Below are positions 52,444 to 54,106 of a stretch of DNA of 54,106 bases, one piece after another. The stretch lies in assembly GCF_006345805.1 (NCBI RefSeq), contig NW_021833806.1, positions 1-54,106 on the forward strand. The letters run 5' to 3'. Under the pieces are notes generated by a model that saw nothing but the letters and a program-made list of their open reading frames with translations, was not told the origin of the DNA and did no database searches. Numbering within the stretch: the first letter of the stretch is position 1; every line of letters starts with the position of its first letter. The position numbers and the translations under genes are program-made. The stretch is from Octopus sinensis (taxonomy: Eukaryota).

Positions 52444-52634
52444 ATGTCGCTTCTCGGCCTTTTGGCTAAGATCAAAGTGTAGTATCTGTTCTTTCCAGCT
52501 TTATATCTGGGACGCCCTTACACGGGGCAAGATATAATGCTTATTTTTGTACCTTGGTATGTGTTGCGAAGCTTGCTTCCTCCATACCACGCGTCCTCCC
52601 GGTATTGCAGTACTTCCGGGTTGGGCGCATTCCC
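52444..52634 (+). ncRNA. RNU2: U2 spliceosomal snRNA
   Basis: TCGCTTCTCGGCCTTTTGGCTAAGATCAAAGTGTAGTATCTGTTC 5' end; Sm site TATTTTTG; 3' stem CCGGTATTGCAGTACTTCCGG. Confidence 0.97.
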
Positions 52635-52669
52635 TTTTGGGAGTTTTCAACTTTATAAAAATTAATTAG

Positions 52670-53020
52670 CTAATCACGGGAAATGCCTCATCTGGCACGC
52701 GACATGCTCCGACACATTCTCCCCGCATAACCTGATTTCATCAGCTGCTGAGCCCGGCTCAGCGGCAAGACATGCGGAGGTCACAAAAACAAGAAAATAC
52801 TCGTACCTGGCCAGAAACCACATTTTTGCGCCAGTAGCCGTGGAGACATCCGGGGTCATCGGCCCAGAATCGCTTTCTTTCCTTCGTCGGCTGGGGTCGA
52901 AGATTGCCAGACGAAACAAGGATCCCAACGAGACTCGTCATCTTTTCCAAAGAGTCTCGTTGGCGATCGTCCGAGGGAACTGCCAGGCCATCTTATGCGC
53001 CGGCAGTTCAAAATAACTGC
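52670..53020 (+). mobile_element. CRE-clade 3' fragment
   Basis: WHATCSDTFS..PVAVETSGVIG..HLFQRVSLAIVRGNCQAI. Confidence 0.8.
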
Positions 53021-53084
53021 ATTGTCTAGTTATCATATTAATCTCCATTATACATTTAGTGCCATTAACTAATTAATCCCCTCC

Positions 53085-53480
53085 CTGCTTGAACCCACTG
53101 GGATCGATCGGGGGGACGGAAAAAGCCCTGATGGGATCACTGTGTTTCTCTTCAACAGGGAGAAGCCTCTTACCTGGGATGCCACGTGTGTGGACTCTTT
53201 CTCGCCTCAGAACCTGCTGATGTCCGCATCCGCCCCTGGATCTACTGCGGAATGCAAAAAGATTGGAAGTACTCCTCACTTATAAAAAAAAGTTCCAATT
53301 TCTCCCATTCACAGTTGAGACTTCCGGTTCCTTGGGTGGTAAGGCAATCAGCTTCGTTCAGGAGATCGGGTCCCGAATGTCTGCTATCACAGACGACGCC
53401 CGCGAATCAGGATGGTTTTTCGAGCGGATATCCCTTGCGATAGTACGTTCTAATTCTTTCTCGATCCCGTCCATGAAGCT
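53085..53480 (+). mobile_element. CRE-clade 3' fragment
   Basis: LEPTGIDRGDGKSPDGIT..TWDATCVDS..FTVETSG..FFERISLAIVRSNSFSI. Confidence 0.8.
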
Positions 53481-53660
53481 TCAAAACTTGACCGAATTCT
53501 TTTTTCGTAATTTTCATTGTGGTTTAACTTCAATTCGCTCGCCAAGAGATCGTATTTATGTAATTTCTCGACTTCCACATTATGTTGAGAAATAAGTCCA
53601 ACTTCAATGAGCGTAATGATGTTCCGAACTTTGTCGTAATCGCTGTTCAACATTCTTCCA
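53480..53660 (-). mobile_element. R4/Dong-like REL fragment
   Basis: IITLIEVGLISQHNVEVEKLHKYDLLASEL. Confidence 0.6.
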
Positions 53661-53835
53661 CATATTGTATCAAGATATTGTATTTTTTCTTAATGTCTTT
53701 AAGTTAAAAATAATTTTTTTTGTTTATTTTTGACTTTTCCTTTCTTTCAATTCTGAGGACTAAGACAAGCGTTTCACGATCCGATTAAAATTAACATGTC
53801 TGGGGATCCTTAGATTCTCTCGAGATTCTCTAAGC

Positions 53836-54106
53836 CAATGGTTCTCAAACTGGGGTACCCATAGGGGTACGCGAAATATTTTTGAAAATCTATTTAATTT
53901 TTGCACTATTAATTGAATTTTGGTGTTAAATGTTATCAAAATATCACAACATTGGATTTTATACAATCGATTTTTTTCTTTTGTTTCCGACTAAATATTT
54001 CTGTGAACAATGATTTTCATCTTTGTTTAGTTTAAAATCAGTTCATCGTGCAAAGCTGAATGTTGTTCATGATATTCGGGTGTGTCTTTTGTCAAAGGAT
54101 CAAGAA
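53836..54106 (+). mobile_element. Left end of a hAT element, running off the window
   Basis: CAATGGTTCTCAAACTGGGGTAC terminus preceded by CTCTAAGC (nnnTAnnn target); LFPTKYFCEQ*FS dimerisation-domain remnant. Confidence 0.5.

Noticed and set aside
52444-52700. Utopia-type insertion into U2
   Set aside because: U2 is uninterrupted; the adjacent element is downstream and has CRE-type motifs.

Overview
AT-rich eukaryotic DNA, very likely from an animal. Only three protein-coding host genes (DTYMK, a selenophosphate synthetase and MCM6) and one U2 snRNA are recognisable; they sit among nested, mostly decayed transposable elements. These include CRE, RTE, I/Jockey-like and R4/Dong-like non-LTR elements, pogo/Tigger, Tc1, hAT, two inverted copies of a non-autonomous Helitron with a ~95-bp minisatellite, and a TGT..ACA MITE. 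The SPS C-terminus reads like animal SelD/SEPHS. All 19 introns I could delimit are 22-34 nt, which suggests a reduced parasite such as a myxozoan or dicyemid (inference only). Highlights: (1) a complete selenocysteine-recoding set in the SPS gene, namely an in-frame UGA at the Sec position, a 14-bp hairpin 9 nt downstream and a SECIS-like stem-loop in the 3' UTR; (2) uniformly tiny introns inside a TE-bloated region; (3) virus-like 2A motifs directly upstream of the endonuclease in two LINEs; (4) a MITE whose 5-bp target duplication is shown by a neighbouring empty paralogous site. Some indels in genes may be assembly errors. No searches or folding programs were run; family names come from recognised motifs.
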